64,000 nt of DNA from Phyllobates terribilis (lineage: Eukaryota), in assembly GCF_046119375.1 (NCBI RefSeq), contig NW_027362769.1:292702001-292766000 (forward strand). Reading direction: 5' to 3'. Below are positions 25,073 through 38,238 of the stretch, one piece after another. Numbering within the stretch: position 1 is the first letter of the stretch; each line of letters starts with the position of its first letter. A program made the translations under genes and the position numbers. The notes below the pieces were generated by a model. The model did not search any database. It saw nothing but the letters and a program-made list of their open reading frames with translations, and was not told the DNA's origin.

Positions 25073-28000
25073 GTGGCCGAGCTCCGTCAGCACGTGAGTA
25101 ACTGTCCTGGAGCATATTTCTTGGAGCCTAAGGTATGTTTGCCGGATTTATTTTTTGGTGAACATCGAGAATTTTTTTCATTTAAAAATGCTTGCTTATT
25201 GTATTTTCGTTTGAGACCCAAGTCCTCTGGGGATGAATCCCAGCGCGTAGGGTTCATAATGTCACTTTTGCGCAAAGAGCCTCAGGAGTGGGCCTTTTCT
25301 TTGCAACCTAGTGATACATGCTTCAGATCAGTGGATAGTTTTTTTTCTGCTTTAGGACTATTATATGATGATCCTGACCGTGTGGCATCAGCTGAGACTG
25401 AGTTGAGACGTTTAAAGCAAGGATCGGGTAATGTGGAAAAATATTGTACTCATTTTCGTCGTTGGTCCACTCAAACAGGGTGGAACGATTCTGCTCTGAA
25501 AAGTCTATTTCTTGCTGGGCTCAGTGAAAGGGTTAAAGACCTGCTAATTGCTTATCCTACACCTGAGGATTTGCAACAGGCTATGCAATTAGCTATACGG
25601 GTGGATAGAAGACTGCGTGCTAGGGTTAATGAGAGCAAATCCTCTGCTATGTCAGTTTCTGGTTATGATAATGTGTGTACTAACAGTGGTGAACCGATGG
25701 AGATTGGATCGGTGGCACCTCGCTCTCAAGAAAAAGACCGTCGTTTTTCGGAAGGCTTGTGTTTCTATTGCGGAAAATCTGGTCATTTGATTAAAGGCTG
25801 TGAGCTTCGTATGAAGAAAGAAAAAAAAATGGTCAGTCACGCCCGTATTGCCTGTTTAAATTCCAAGGGTATATTTTTAGCTGCTTCCACGATTGCTCAG
25901 GAAAAATTAATGGAATTTCGGGTGTTTGTTGATTGCGGGTCTACACTAAATGTAATTGATGGGGGATTCGTGGAAAAACTCAATTTAAAACCTGAACCTT
26001 TATCATCCCCCATTGCTGTGGTTTCTGTGGATGGCTCCCCTTTGAAGAATATTACTCTCAAGGTCAGTGAATTTCCTCTCACTATTAATGGTGTTCACCA
26101 TGAGAAATTGGATTTGGTAGTGTTGAATAACTTGCCTTCTCCAGTAATATTGGGTTTGCCCTGGTTAAAATTTCACAATCCTGTACTGGATTGGTCTACC
26201 AGTGAAATTAAATCCTGGAGCCATAAATGTTATGACAAGTGTTGTAACGGGCGTATTGCAGCTTTGGATAGGGGAGAATTGCCTGTTCCTATTCAGGATT
26301 TTTGGAGAGTTTTTTCTGAGAAAGAATCGCAGGTTTTGCCTCCCCATAGAGACTATGATTGTTCTATTGAATTTGTCCCTGGAGCGACTCTTCCTAAAAG
26401 TCGTTTATTTAACCTTACTATTCCTGAGAGGAAGGCTTTGGAGGAATACATACAGACAAGTTTGGCCGCCGGTCACATTAGGCCCTCTAAGTCTCCTGTG
26501 GCGGTTGGATTTTTTTTTGTAAAAAAAAAGGACGGCGGTTTACGTCCTTGTCTAGATTTTCGTGAGATTAACAAAATTACGGTACGCAATCCTTACCCAC
26601 TGCCATTGATTCCTGATCTGTTTAACCAGTTATTGGGGGCCAAGTGGTTCTCTAAAATTGACCTTAAGGGGGCATACAATCTGTTGCGCATGAAGGAGGG
26701 TGATGAATGGAAGACTGCTTTTAACACTCCTGTGGGTCATTTTGAGAATCTGGTTATGCCTTTTGGTCTTACTAATGCTCCTGCATTTTTTCAGAATCTG
26801 ATTAATGACATCCTTAGACCTTTGATCGGTAAAAATGTGGTTGTGTATTTGGATGACATTTTGATTTATTCGCCAGATCTGGAGTCTCATTGGCGGAGCG
26901 TGCGTGAGGTATTACAGTTATTAATGGACAATTCGCTTTTTGCTAAGCTGGAGAAATGTGAGTTCGCTGTACAGAGAATTATTTTTTTGGGCTACATTAT
27001 CTCCAGCAAAGGTTTTGAGATGGATCCGGTTAAGGTTCAGGCTGTGCAGGAATGGCCTAGGCCTATTGGTTTGAAATCGATACAGAGGTTTTTGGGTTTC
27101 GCCAATTACTATAGAAAATTCATAAAAAATTTTTCTAGTATTGTCAAACCTCTGACTGATCTCACCAGGAAAGGTGCTGATGCGGTTCAGTGGTCTTCTG
27201 AGGCCATTGAAGCTTTTGTGTATCTCAAGGAGAGGTTCACCTCTGCTCCCATCCTTATGCAGCCTGATGTTACTAGGCCGTTTTTGGTTGAGGTTGATGC
27301 TTCCTCTGTGGGGGTTGGCGCAGTATTGTCTCAGGATAACGGGGATGGATTACATCCCTGTGCCTTTTTTTCAAAAAATTTTTCGGAGACTGAATTGAAT
27401 TACGATGTTGGTAATCGGGAATTATTGGCTATTAAACTCGCATTTGAACACTGGCGCCACTTCTTGGAAGGTGCGGAATTTCCCGTTCAGGTTCTTACGG
27501 ATCATAAAAATCTGATATATCTTGATGCTGCCAAGCGCCTGAATGCCCGTCAGGCTAGGTGGGCACTGTTTTTCTCGCGGTTTAATTTCTCCGTTACTTA
27601 CATCCCTGGTACTAAGAATGTTAAGGCGGATGCCTTGTCTCGCAGTTTTTCTCCCATAGTCGGTGCTGAGAAAGAGGAAAACATTTTACAAGAAGGTGTT
27701 GTGATAGCTGCTTTAGACTCCGTTTTGGAAGATGAGATTCTTAAAGCTCAGGAGAATGCCCCATCTAACACTCCTCATGGGAGGTTGTTTGTGCCTGGGA
27801 CCTTTAGGAGAGATTTGTTTGTTGAGTGTCACGAATCTCGGTTGGCAGGTCATCCCGGAATCTCTGAGACCAAGAGACTGGTGGGTCGCAGTTTTTGGTG
27901 GCCTGGATGGCAGAAGGAAGTCATTAAGTGGGTGCGCCAATGTACTATATGTGCTAGATCTAAGTCCTCACATACTCCTGCTGCGGGGTTGCTTTGTCCT

Positions 28001-29194
28001 TTGGAGGTCCCCAGTGCTCCTTGGACACATTTGGCTATGGACTTTATAACTGACCTTCCCCCCTCTGAGGGTTTTACTGTCATCTGGGTGGTCGTGGACC
28101 GTTTTAGCAAGATGTGTCACTTGGTTCCCTTCGTCAAACTGCCCTGCGCTAAAACTCTCGCTAAGACCTTTGTCAAAGAAATTGTCAGACTTCATGGCGT
28201 TCCTACTGACATTGTTTCTGATAGGGGTCCTCAGTTCGTGGCTCGTTTTTGGCGTGCCTTTTGTGACAGGTTGGGAATTCATTTGTCATTTTCGTCCGGA
28301 TATCATCCTGAATCTAATGGCCAGACAGAAAGGAAAAACCAGGATGTTGAGCAGTTCTTGCGTTGTTTTGTGGCAGACAATCAAGAGGGGTGGTCTGAGT
28401 TTCTGCCACTTGCCGAATTTGCTCTGAACAATCATACATCTTCTTCTGCTGGTTGTTCACCTTTTTTTTGTTGTTCTGGGAGACATACGTCGTTTGGGTC
28501 GTTCTCCAAGTTGGGATCTGCCATGCCTGAGGAGGAGAATTTTTCCGGTGATTTGGAAAGAGTTTGGACGGATGTGCGTGGTAATCTTCAGGAGGCCAAC
28601 AGAAAATCTAAAGACTACTTTGATAGGAAACGACAGGAGGTTTTGTTCGCTGTTGGTGACATGGTTTGGTTGTCCTCTAGGAATCTGCGGTTGAGGATTC
28701 CTTCTAAGAAATTGGGTCCCAAGTTTGTGGGGCCCTTTAAGGTGCTTCAGGTTGTCAACCAATCTGCTGTTAGGCTGGAGGTTCCTACCTCCTGGAGAAT
28801 TAATCCGGTCTTTCATGTCTCTCTGTTAAAAAAAGCTGTTGTGTCGGATGGTGACGCCTCTGCCTCTGTTCCTCCGGTGGTGGAGGACGGGGAATATGAA
28901 ATTTCTCGCATCCTTGACTCTAGACGGTATAGAGGTAGTTTGCAGTATCTTGTGGCCTGGAAAGGTTTCGGACCCGAGGATAACTCTTGGGTGAGGTCAG
29001 ATGATGTTTCCGCGTCCAGACTTATCAGAGCGTTTCACAGGAGATTTCCTGATAAGCCTGGTCCTAGGGGAGGTACTGTTAGAACCTTGCTGTTAGTTTT
29101 TTTTTCCTTTGCTGGTCACATGACCTTGTTGGCCTATTTAATCCTGCTCCGCCCTTCTGGCTTTGCTGGACTTCATTGTATATCTACTTTCTAG
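25073..29194 (+). CDS. Gag-Pol polyprotein (gag, CCHC knuckle, protease, RT, RNase H, integrase, chromodomain), 1373 aa
   Basis: Uninterrupted ORF with CFYCGKSGHLIKGC, VDCGS, YLDDILI, EVDASSVG..TDHKNL, HESRLAGH..CTIC, MDFIT/SDRGPQF/GQTERKN, GPKFVGPF and YEISRILDSR..YLVAWKGFGPEDNSW. It starts at GTG; the first ATG is at 25259. Confidence 0.95.
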   Translation: MAELRQHVSNCPGAYFLEPKVCLPDLFFGEHREFFSFKNACLLYFRLRPKSSGDESQRVGFIMSLLRKEPQEWAFSLQPSDTCFRSVDSFFSALGLLYDDPDRVASAETELRRLKQGSGNVEKYCTHFRRWSTQTGWNDSALKSLFLAGLSERVKDLLIAYPTPEDLQQAMQLAIRVDRRLRARVNESKSSAMSVSGYDNVCTNSGEPMEIGSVAPRSQEKDRRFSEGLCFYCGKSGHLIKGCELRMKKEKKMVSHARIACLNSKGIFLAASTIAQEKLMEFRVFVDCGSTLNVIDGGFVEKLNLKPEPLSSPIAVVSVDGSPLKNITLKVSEFPLTINGVHHEKLDLVVLNNLPSPVILGLPWLKFHNPVLDWSTSEIKSWSHKCYDKCCNGRIAALDRGELPVPIQDFWRVFSEKESQVLPPHRDYDCSIEFVPGATLPKSRLFNLTIPERKALEEYIQTSLAAGHIRPSKSPVAVGFFFVKKKDGGLRPCLDFREINKITVRNPYPLPLIPDLFNQLLGAKWFSKIDLKGAYNLLRMKEGDEWKTAFNTPVGHFENLVMPFGLTNAPAFFQNLINDILRPLIGKNVVVYLDDILIYSPDLESHWRSVREVLQLLMDNSLFAKLEKCEFAVQRIIFLGYIISSKGFEMDPVKVQAVQEWPRPIGLKSIQRFLGFANYYRKFIKNFSSIVKPLTDLTRKGADAVQWSSEAIEAFVYLKERFTSAPILMQPDVTRPFLVEVDASSVGVGAVLSQDNGDGLHPCAFFSKNFSETELNYDVGNRELLAIKLAFEHWRHFLEGAEFPVQVLTDHKNLIYLDAAKRLNARQARWALFFSRFNFSVTYIPGTKNVKADALSRSFSPIVGAEKEENILQEGVVIAALDSVLEDEILKAQENAPSNTPHGRLFVPGTFRRDLFVECHESRLAGHPGISETKRLVGRSFWWPGWQKEVIKWVRQCTICARSKSSHTPAAGLLCPLEVPSAPWTHLAMDFITDLPPSEGFTVIWVVVDRFSKMCHLVPFVKLPCAKTLAKTFVKEIVRLHGVPTDIVSDRGPQFVARFWRAFCDRLGIHLSFSSGYHPESNGQTERKNQDVEQFLRCFVADNQEGWSEFLPLAEFALNNHTSSSAGCSPFFCCSGRHTSFGSFSKLGSAMPEEENFSGDLERVWTDVRGNLQEANRKSKDYFDRKRQEVLFAVGDMVWLSSRNLRLRIPSKKLGPKFVGPFKVLQVVNQSAVRLEVPTSWRINPVFHVSLLKKAVVSDGDASASVPPVVEDGEYEISRILDSRRYRGSLQYLVAWKGFGPEDNSWVRSDDVSASRLIRAFHRRFPDKPGPRGGTVRTLLLVFFSFAGHMTLLAYLILLRPSGFAGLHCISTF

Positions 29195-29498
29195 CTAGCC
29201 TGTGCTCTGTATCTATCTCTGTTAGTTTGCTTGGTCTACGGACCTCTATGTTCTATCTATTTTGTTTGTTCGTCTGTCTGCTACTATTTCTGTTAGGAGG
29301 TGTCCCATATTCCTTCCAGTCCTTAGTACTTGTAGGGATTCCCTTCCCTCATCTATAGGTCTTCGTACAGACTAGATTAGGACTTTAGCAGGTCTGATCG
29401 CAGGATCAGGTTCCCTGTTACATCGTAGGGATTCAGCTGAGTCCTATAGTAGGGACAGATCTCCTCTCTTTCCTTAGCTTTGGTAGCAGAACATAACA
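29077..29498 (+). repeat. Gypsy-1 3' LTR
   Basis: Direct repeat of 24574-24995, followed by TSD CCCAG. Confidence 0.97.
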
Positions 29499-30379
29499 CC
29501 CAGTGCCTTTGTGTATATGGAAATACATTCTATTATGGGGATTGAGCTTTTTCTCAGTTGCTTTGAATACACTGCTATTATTTTGCACATAACTGTATGT
29601 AGTATATTAATTTGTCCTACCACTTTACATTCTTTTTACACAGTGTTACAACTGTTCTAATAGTATTTATAACTAAATGGTTCCCAATGTTTTAATAAAA
29701 TATTTCACCTTTATATCCCTTGTTTACTGACACAATCAGAAATAATCTGTTAATATATCAGCATTTAAAATGTCCAAGTATTTTTCTCAGTCATATATGA
29801 ATATATTAAGAAAGGGTAATCTGCCATTCTACATAATTTTCATGGGCTAAAGAGAATGCAAATGGCATTTGATGGCTCTTTCATGATCCTAAATTCTCTA
29901 GCTAGATTAGTTTGATTTCAAATTATTCCTTTTTTAGACTGTCTTATATAATGTATATCTTTTTATTCAATGTTATCAATCCATGTTGCATTCAAAAGTT
30001 ACATTTATGAAACACTAATAACATTGGTCACAATGACATGTTCAACATAGATATCACTATACTGATGTTTGCTGCAAAAATAGTTTTTTCAGCCCTTTCA
30101 CTAATACGATTTAGGATGTTGCTCCAGGCATACAAGGTGTTTGTTGCGTGTGTAGTGTCATCATAAATGGCTGAATTTTGATCTGTTTATTTTGCAGTTA
30201 TTTACCTTTTTGGTACATATATCTTTTGGTTCCAAATATCTTATCTGTTTTCTGATTAAGAGAAGAACATTTCACATATGAGTTCTGAGGTTAGAAGTGT
30301 CAAATTTAGCTCCTCTGATCTTGACCTGGTTCAGGTGGTTTTCAATGGGACCTCTATAGCACTAATGTGTGTCAATATG

Positions 30380-30760
30380 TTGCAGTGACTGGCTAGAGCA
30401 GTGACACATGCTGTTAACATGACGTCACTGCAGCAGAAAACTAGACTAGAGCAACAGCTAGGAGCAAGCACTGGACCCTGTTCCCCTGCCTGCCTGCGGA
30501 TTTGTTCACTTCGCCTGCCGGCCTGTGGTTTCCTGACATCCTCCACGTCATTGTGGTTACCGGCACTCCGCCTACCTGCCTGCGGTTTCCTAATATCCTC
30601 CGCATGTCTGTGGTCTCCCACACTATGAATACCTGCCTTATGGTCTCCTGTTCCTTGGCTGTCGATATCACTTGTTTCCCTCCTTTCTGCTACACTGATA
30701 CCTGTGATCCGTGTGCCCACCCAGACCTTGGGCTTGGAAGGTCCACCTCACATGGTGAGT
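30380..30760. repeat. Possible solo-LTR or repeat remnant with short internal repeats
   Basis: Repeated cctgcctgcgg / tgcggtttcct units in a GC-richer island ending ...cctcaca. No TSD identified. Confidence 0.3.
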
Positions 30761-30999
30761 CTAACACTTCTCAGCTACCCTTCAGTGTGGATTCCTCCTC
30801 TCCTGCAGCAAAAAGGTCATTCTAATGCCTTTACTCCATTTCATTAAAGATTTTTCTTTTATCTTTTAAGCAAATAACAAAAATAAACAAGAAAACTCAC
30901 CTGCTTTTTCAAACAAAAATGTGAACTACATAAAATGGCATTGCTTATGGCTCAACACTTATTACAGATACTCTTTGGTTTCAATATTTTTCAGCAGTT

Positions 31000-32330
31000 T
31001 CACACCTTAATGATCGCCGATGAGCATTAATATGGTGGCAGCTAAGGGGCCTTATTCTGGAATAAGGTAATAGCACCCCCAGTCTTCAAACCTCCAGGGT
31101 CTTAGTTACTAGGAGGAGCTGAGACCCTGGAGAACATGATGTGGGCAGGTTTTTCTGGTCCCCAATCACATGCTCGCCTTTATTTGACGAATAATGGCGA
31201 TCACGTAAAAAAAAAGTGAGATCTGGTGGAAAAATCATTTCTATCTCGTCTGACATGATGTAACATGTCAGAGGAGAGAGAAATTATGTCCCCAAACACC
31301 CAAAGTACCTTAGTACTGGATTCGCGATCCTCCGGCCCTCCTGCTTGTTCTCCTGAAGCAAAATGGCAGTGCGTCCACCGAGATCTGCCTACCTGCACCC
31401 ATCAACCACAGGATTTTTTCCTATAGGTTGCTGACTTCTTATCACTGTGATAGACATTCTCACAGTGATCAAAAGCTCAATAATTATTAAACAGGACAGC
31501 ACTTAAGCTGTGCCTTGCTATGCACCCCCTGGATCACTCCCCCACATGTCATCCCCCTAGTCAGGTTAAAATTTTAATTTTAGAATTTTTAGATATTTCA
31601 CTCTTTGGCATTAGGCTTAGGGTTAGACTTAGGGTTAGGGATATGCTTAGGGTTAGGCTTAAGGCTAGTGTCTTTTCAATAATTAAAAAAAGGATGATAA
31701 TATTATGACATATTCAATATGACAACCTAATGTTATCAAACTTCTATAAAAAATGCGACCTGGTGCTTGCAATCTCTTTCAGCCAAATTTGTGTTCCAAA
31801 ATTCAAATATTGCTCCTTCCATTCTGAGCCCTGCTGTTTGTCCAAACAGAACTTTTGGACCACATGTTGGGTATTACCGTGCTTGTAAGAAAGTGGGTAA
31901 CAAACTGTGGGGTCCACTTTTTGGTGTTACCTTGTGCAAAAGTGAAAAAATTGGGGCCAAAACAACATTTAGAGGTCAAATTTTCATTTACATGTATGCT
32001 TTTTTCATTCCACTTTGCATTAATACCTGTGAAGCAGCTGAGCAGTTAAAAATGTATTGACCGCAGTTTTGAAGTATTTGAGGGGTGCAGTTTTTAAAAT
32101 TGTATCATTTTTAGGGAGTTTCCAATATATAGGCCCCTCAAAGTAAATTGAAATCTGAATAGGTCCCTAAAGAAAAAGGTTTTGTAAATTTGTTAAAAAA
32201 ATTAGACATTGCTGCTAAACTTTTAACCCTTCTAACATCCTAACAATATATAATGACATCTAAAAAAAGATGCAGAAGTAATGCAGACATATGGGAAATG
32301 TTAGTGATAAATGAAATTAAAATAAAGAAA
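31000..32330. mobile_element. Truncated piggyBac-like non-autonomous element related to 5058-9507 (opposite orientation)
   Basis: ttgctgctaaacttttaacccttctaacatcctaacaa (about 32208-32247) resembles the reverse complement of 5415-5450, and gaggggtgcagttttt matches the reverse complement near 5565-5580. Limits approximate. Confidence 0.5.
31611..31664 (+). repeat. Degenerate interstitial telomere-like (TTAGGG)n tract
   Basis: ttaggcttagggttagacttagggttagggatatgcttagggttaggcttaagg. Confidence 0.75.
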
Positions 32331-33377
32331 AATGTCAGTAGTTATTGTTAAATTAATATCTGAATTTTTGAGAATTTTCTTTTTTCTTTAAAAAAATACA
32401 ATTCCCTTATTTACAAAAAGGATTGCGCAAGAAATGCAACTCAGTACAGTCACTTAAGACAAGCAAGGACACTGTCTCTGACTGACACTGATTTCACTGA
32501 CAGAGAGTAACATCCATCACTAGGATATATGGTTTCAATTAAACCATGCTTTTCTCATTTCAATCTTTGTTTTATCACTATCATATTCCTACTTAGTTCT
32601 TCAGAAAATATGTACTTTAAAATTTGACATGTCCTACAATGTAGGAATCTGGAGAGTCCAGTTTTTCCTTCCGGTGTTCACTTATAATAAAACAGGCAAA
32701 TGTCTTTAGTTAAAAATTCTTATTGTTAAAGTATAATATTATCCAACCTCACCCAGCAATGAAACACAATTTATCTGTACAAATGCATCTGAACTTACTT
32801 GGTATCTTCTGGACTAGTATTGCTTTACCTGTTAGCACTGCACCTCATCTCAAGCCTTCCATAATTCCATTAACCTTCTCTATATTTATGCCAGTTAGCT
32901 ATAGTGTTTTCTTTGTACTGTTGTGTTCTGAAATCTCAATAAAAATATACAAAGTTAACTCCTTAATGACAAGGCCTGGAAATACTTTAATAACCTGTGG
33001 GATTGCTTCTTCACTTTTTAGAAGCCAAATGTTTTTTATTTTTTAATTTTTTTCACTGAGTTGGCTGTATGAGCTTTTTATTCTGGACAAGCAACACTAT
33101 TTTTGACATTTTTACGTATATTTAAATTACTGTTTATTTTACAGAGTTTTTTTTATTTTTGCTATATAATTATGGAAAAACAGCAATTTTTTGCTTATTT
33201 TGTTTTAGTTGATCTTTTCTTCTGTTCATGTTGTACAACATAGTAACCTGTTGAATTAACTTCAGGTTATTACATTCATGTGAATGCTTAATAATGCTGT
33301 GTTTTGTTGTTATTTGTATACAATAAAATCACAATTTTGTGATGCGGAAATTTTATTCATTTTACAATCTATAAATA

Positions 33378-34953
33378 CAGTGGGGAAAATAAGTATTTGA
33401 TGCACTGCTGATTTTGCTAGTTTTCCCACCAGCAAAGAATGTAATTTTTATTGTAGGGACACTTCAATTGTGAGAGACAGAATCTTAAAAGAAATATAGA
33501 AAATCAAATTGTATGTTTTTACATAATTAATTTGCATTTTATTGCATGAAATAAGTATTTGATACAATAGAAAAATAGAACTTAATATTTGGTACAGATA
33601 TCTTTGTTTGCAATTACAGAGGTCAGACGTTTCCTGTAGTTCTTGACCAAGTTTGCACACACTGTAGCAGGGATTTTGGGCCACTTCTCCATACAGATCT
33701 TTTCCAGATCTTTCAGGTTTTGGGGCTGTCGCTGGCCAATAATGAGTTTCAGCTCCCTCCAAAGATTTTCTATTGGGTTCAGGTCTGGGGACTGGCTAGG
33801 CCACTCCAGGACCTTGAAATGCTTCTTATGGAGCACCTCTTATTTGCCCTGGCTGTGTGTTTGGGTCATTGTCATGCTGTAAGACTCAGCCATGACCCAT
33901 CTTCAGTGCTCCCACTGAGGGAAGGAGGTTGTTGGGCAAAATGTCGCGATATATGACTTCATCAATTCTCCCTGCAATGCGGTGCAGTCACCCTGTCCCC
34001 TTTGCAGAAAAGCACCAGCAAAGTTTGTTGTTTCCCTCACCATGCTTCACGGTAGGGATGGTGTTTTTGGGGTTGTACTCATCCTTCTTTTTCCTCCAAA
34101 CACGGTGAGTCGAGTGGCTACCTAAAAGTTCTATTTTGGTTTCATCTGACTACATGACCTTCTCCTATGCCTCTCTGGATCATTCATATTGTCATTGGCG
34201 AACTTCAAATGGGCCTGGACATGTGTTGGCATGAGCAGGGGGATCCTGCGTGCCCTGTAGGATTTTAATCCATGACAGAGTAGTGTGTTACAAATGGTAA
34301 TGTTTGAGACTGTGGTCCCAGCTCTCTTCAGGTCATTGACCCGGTCCTCCCATGTAGTTTTGGGCTGATTCATAACCTTTCTCAGAATCATCCTTAACCC
34401 ATGAAGCAAGATCTGTCATGGAACCCCAGACCTAGGAAGATTGTCATCTTGTGTTTCTTCCATTTTCTAATAATTGTGCCAACAGTTGTTGCTTTCTCAC
34501 CAAGCTGCTTGCCTATTGTCCTGCAGCCCACCCCAGCCTTTTTCAGATCTACAATTTTTTCACTGGTGTCCTTAGACAGCTCTTTGGTCTTGGCCATGAT
34601 GGAGTGGTTGGATTTTAATTGATTGTGTGGACAGATGTCTTTTATACAGGTAACGAGTTCAAACAAGTACAGTTAATACAGGTAATGAGTGCAGAATAGG
34701 AGGGCTTCTTAAAGAAAAACTAACAGGTGTGTGAGAGCCAGACTTCTTGCAGGTTGGTAGGCGATCAAATACTTATTTCATGCAATAAAATGCAATTTAA
34801 TTATTTAAAAATCATACAATGTGATTTTCCTGTCTCTCACAGGTGATGTGTACCTGCGATAAAAAATACAGATGTCTCCATTCTTTCTCCATTCTTTGTA
34901 GGTGGGAAAACTTGCAAAATCGGCAGTGTATCAAATACTTATTTTCCCCACTG
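33378..34953 (-). mobile_element. Tc1 element of IR/DR type (1576 bp), decayed transposase
   Basis: Perfect 23-bp outer TIR cagtggggaaaataagtatttga, with inner direct repeats aaataagtatttgat near 33549 and 34765. Minus-strand pieces [11 protein letters not shown] (within 34394-34666) and [19 protein letters not shown] (33582-33836). Confidence 0.92.
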
Positions 34954-34957
34954 TGTG

Positions 34958-35011
<54 letters not shown>
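34958..35011. repeat. (TA)n microsatellite between two Tc1 elements
   Basis: About 25 TA units. Confidence 0.95.

Positions 35012-36600
<1,589 letters not shown>

Positions 36601-36648
<48 letters not shown>
36601..36648. repeat. (TA)24 microsatellite
   Basis: Pure TA run directly after the Tc1 TIR. Confidence 0.95.
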
Positions 36649-36651
<3 letters not shown>

Positions 36652-37054
36652 GCTTAAACATTCCCAACATTGAAATTGTAACAAGTTGTAGAATTATGGT
36701 AACTTCAGAATAGATAGACATGTTAATAATATGCAAATGATGAAAAAAATGTGAAATATCTTGAATAATACACTATAGAGGATGAGCACCACATGTAGAA
36801 ACATGTGCTTACATGCCATCAATTAGGCTATTAATGGATGACTGAGAAATGATCTGCCATGCTGAATGCACTTTTTGCATACCTGTTTTACTAATCTAAT
36901 TTTGTAACTGTCCTCCCCACGACAATCCTGTAGCCTGTTGCCACATTTTGCTTTCCATGTGTGTACCTATCTGCCAATATAGCATTTTTGATTAAGCCCC
37001 AAAAAAGCGGAATAAAAGAGGATTGTGCTAGGGACAAAAAAGGATATTGTTTAA

Positions 37055-38238
37055 CCCCCTACCACCATATGATGTTTACGTTATATGCTCATATGCTGGT
37101 TACCTGGCTTTGATGCGGGCTCGCATGATGAGCATGCATCTTTTCCCAGCACATGATGACTGATTCAATCAGCCATCATATATCTCTAACAGCTGCAGGT
37201 GAATCAGAGCTCTGTCCGCGGCTGTTAACCTGTTAAATCCTGCTGTCAATCTCTGACAGCGGCACTTGACACTCGTCGGCAGGGGTTAGCTTCTTTCCAT
37301 GTGCCCATCGGAGCACCCGTGATGTGAACATGGGGAGTCGATTGATATGACAGCCTGGGGTCCACTGAAGACTCTTGTGCCTGTCATTACAATCCTGTAA
37401 AAGCCAGCGTTTAGCTGGTGTTCATAGGAGACCATGATTTTAGCTATACATAGCAGTGCTGATGCACTTTATGTATACTACTAGTGATCTGACGATGGTA
37501 ACTTCAAATCGCCTAAGGGGACTATTAAATACAGTAAAAAGTAATAAAAAATGTATTTAAAAATATGAAAAAAACACAAAAGTTCGAACCATCCCCTTTT
37601 GCCCCATTAAAAATAAATCAATTAAAAAAAAAATAAATAAACATATTTGACATCGTTGTGCTCGTAAAAGCCCGATCTATCAAAATATCACATGAACTAG
37701 TTCAATCAATAAATGTCATAATGACAAAAAAAATTGAAAGTCCAAAATATAGTTTTTGTGGCCAATAAAATGCAATAAGAGGCAATTAAAATATCATATC
37801 TACCCCAAAATGTTATCAGTAAAAATGTCAGCTCAGGGCACAAAAAATAAGCCCTCACGCAACCCCATATCCTAAAAATTAAACGAGATACAGGCTTCAG
37901 AAATGGTGACACAATCAAAACATTCTTTTTTTTTTACAAATTACCAATTTTTTCATATTGCCTGTTTAGTTGTACTGTATAGTAAGCATGGTAAATTAAA
38001 AAAAAAAAAAAAAAAAAACTTTTTTGCAATTTCAATGCACTAGGATTTTTTTCCCGCTTTTCAGTGCATCTCATGATAAAATGAATGATGTTATTCAAAA
38101 GTACAACTTGTACAGCAAAAAACAAGCCCTCATATGACTTTATTGATGTAAAAATAAAAAAGTTATGTCTTTTGGAAAAAGGGTGAGGGAAAAAAAAAAA
38201 ATAAATAAATAACCGAAAATAGCCTGGGAGTGAAGGGG
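37055..38238. mobile_element. Non-autonomous piggyBac-like element (1184 bp)
   Basis: TTAA at 37051-54 and 38239-42; termini ccccct... and ...gaagggg; non-coding. Confidence 0.7.

Larger units (their letters stand above)
24574..29498 (+). mobile_element. Full-length Ty3/Gypsy chromovirus LTR retrotransposon (Tf1/sushi-like), Gypsy-1
   Basis: TG...CA LTRs of 422 bp each, 5-bp TSD CCCAG (24569-73 and 29499-503), purine tract at 29066-29073, and a gag-pol ORF ending in a chromodomain. Confidence 0.98.
23385..29595 (+). mobile_element. Decayed Tc1 (DD34E) element, interrupted by Gypsy-1
   Basis: MGHFRHCTEGERSLIKK at 23385; QQDNDPK...WPAQSADLNPI with 34-residue spacing near 24085-24200; several stops. 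A TIR-like end ctgctattattttgcacataactg followed by TA lies at 29595. Left TIR not found. Confidence 0.85.

Noticed and set aside
25928-25942. Gypsy-1 protease motif DCG in place of D[S/T]G
   Set aside because: DCG is a variant I recall from other Ty3/Gypsy proteases, so it is not evidence of inactivation or novelty.
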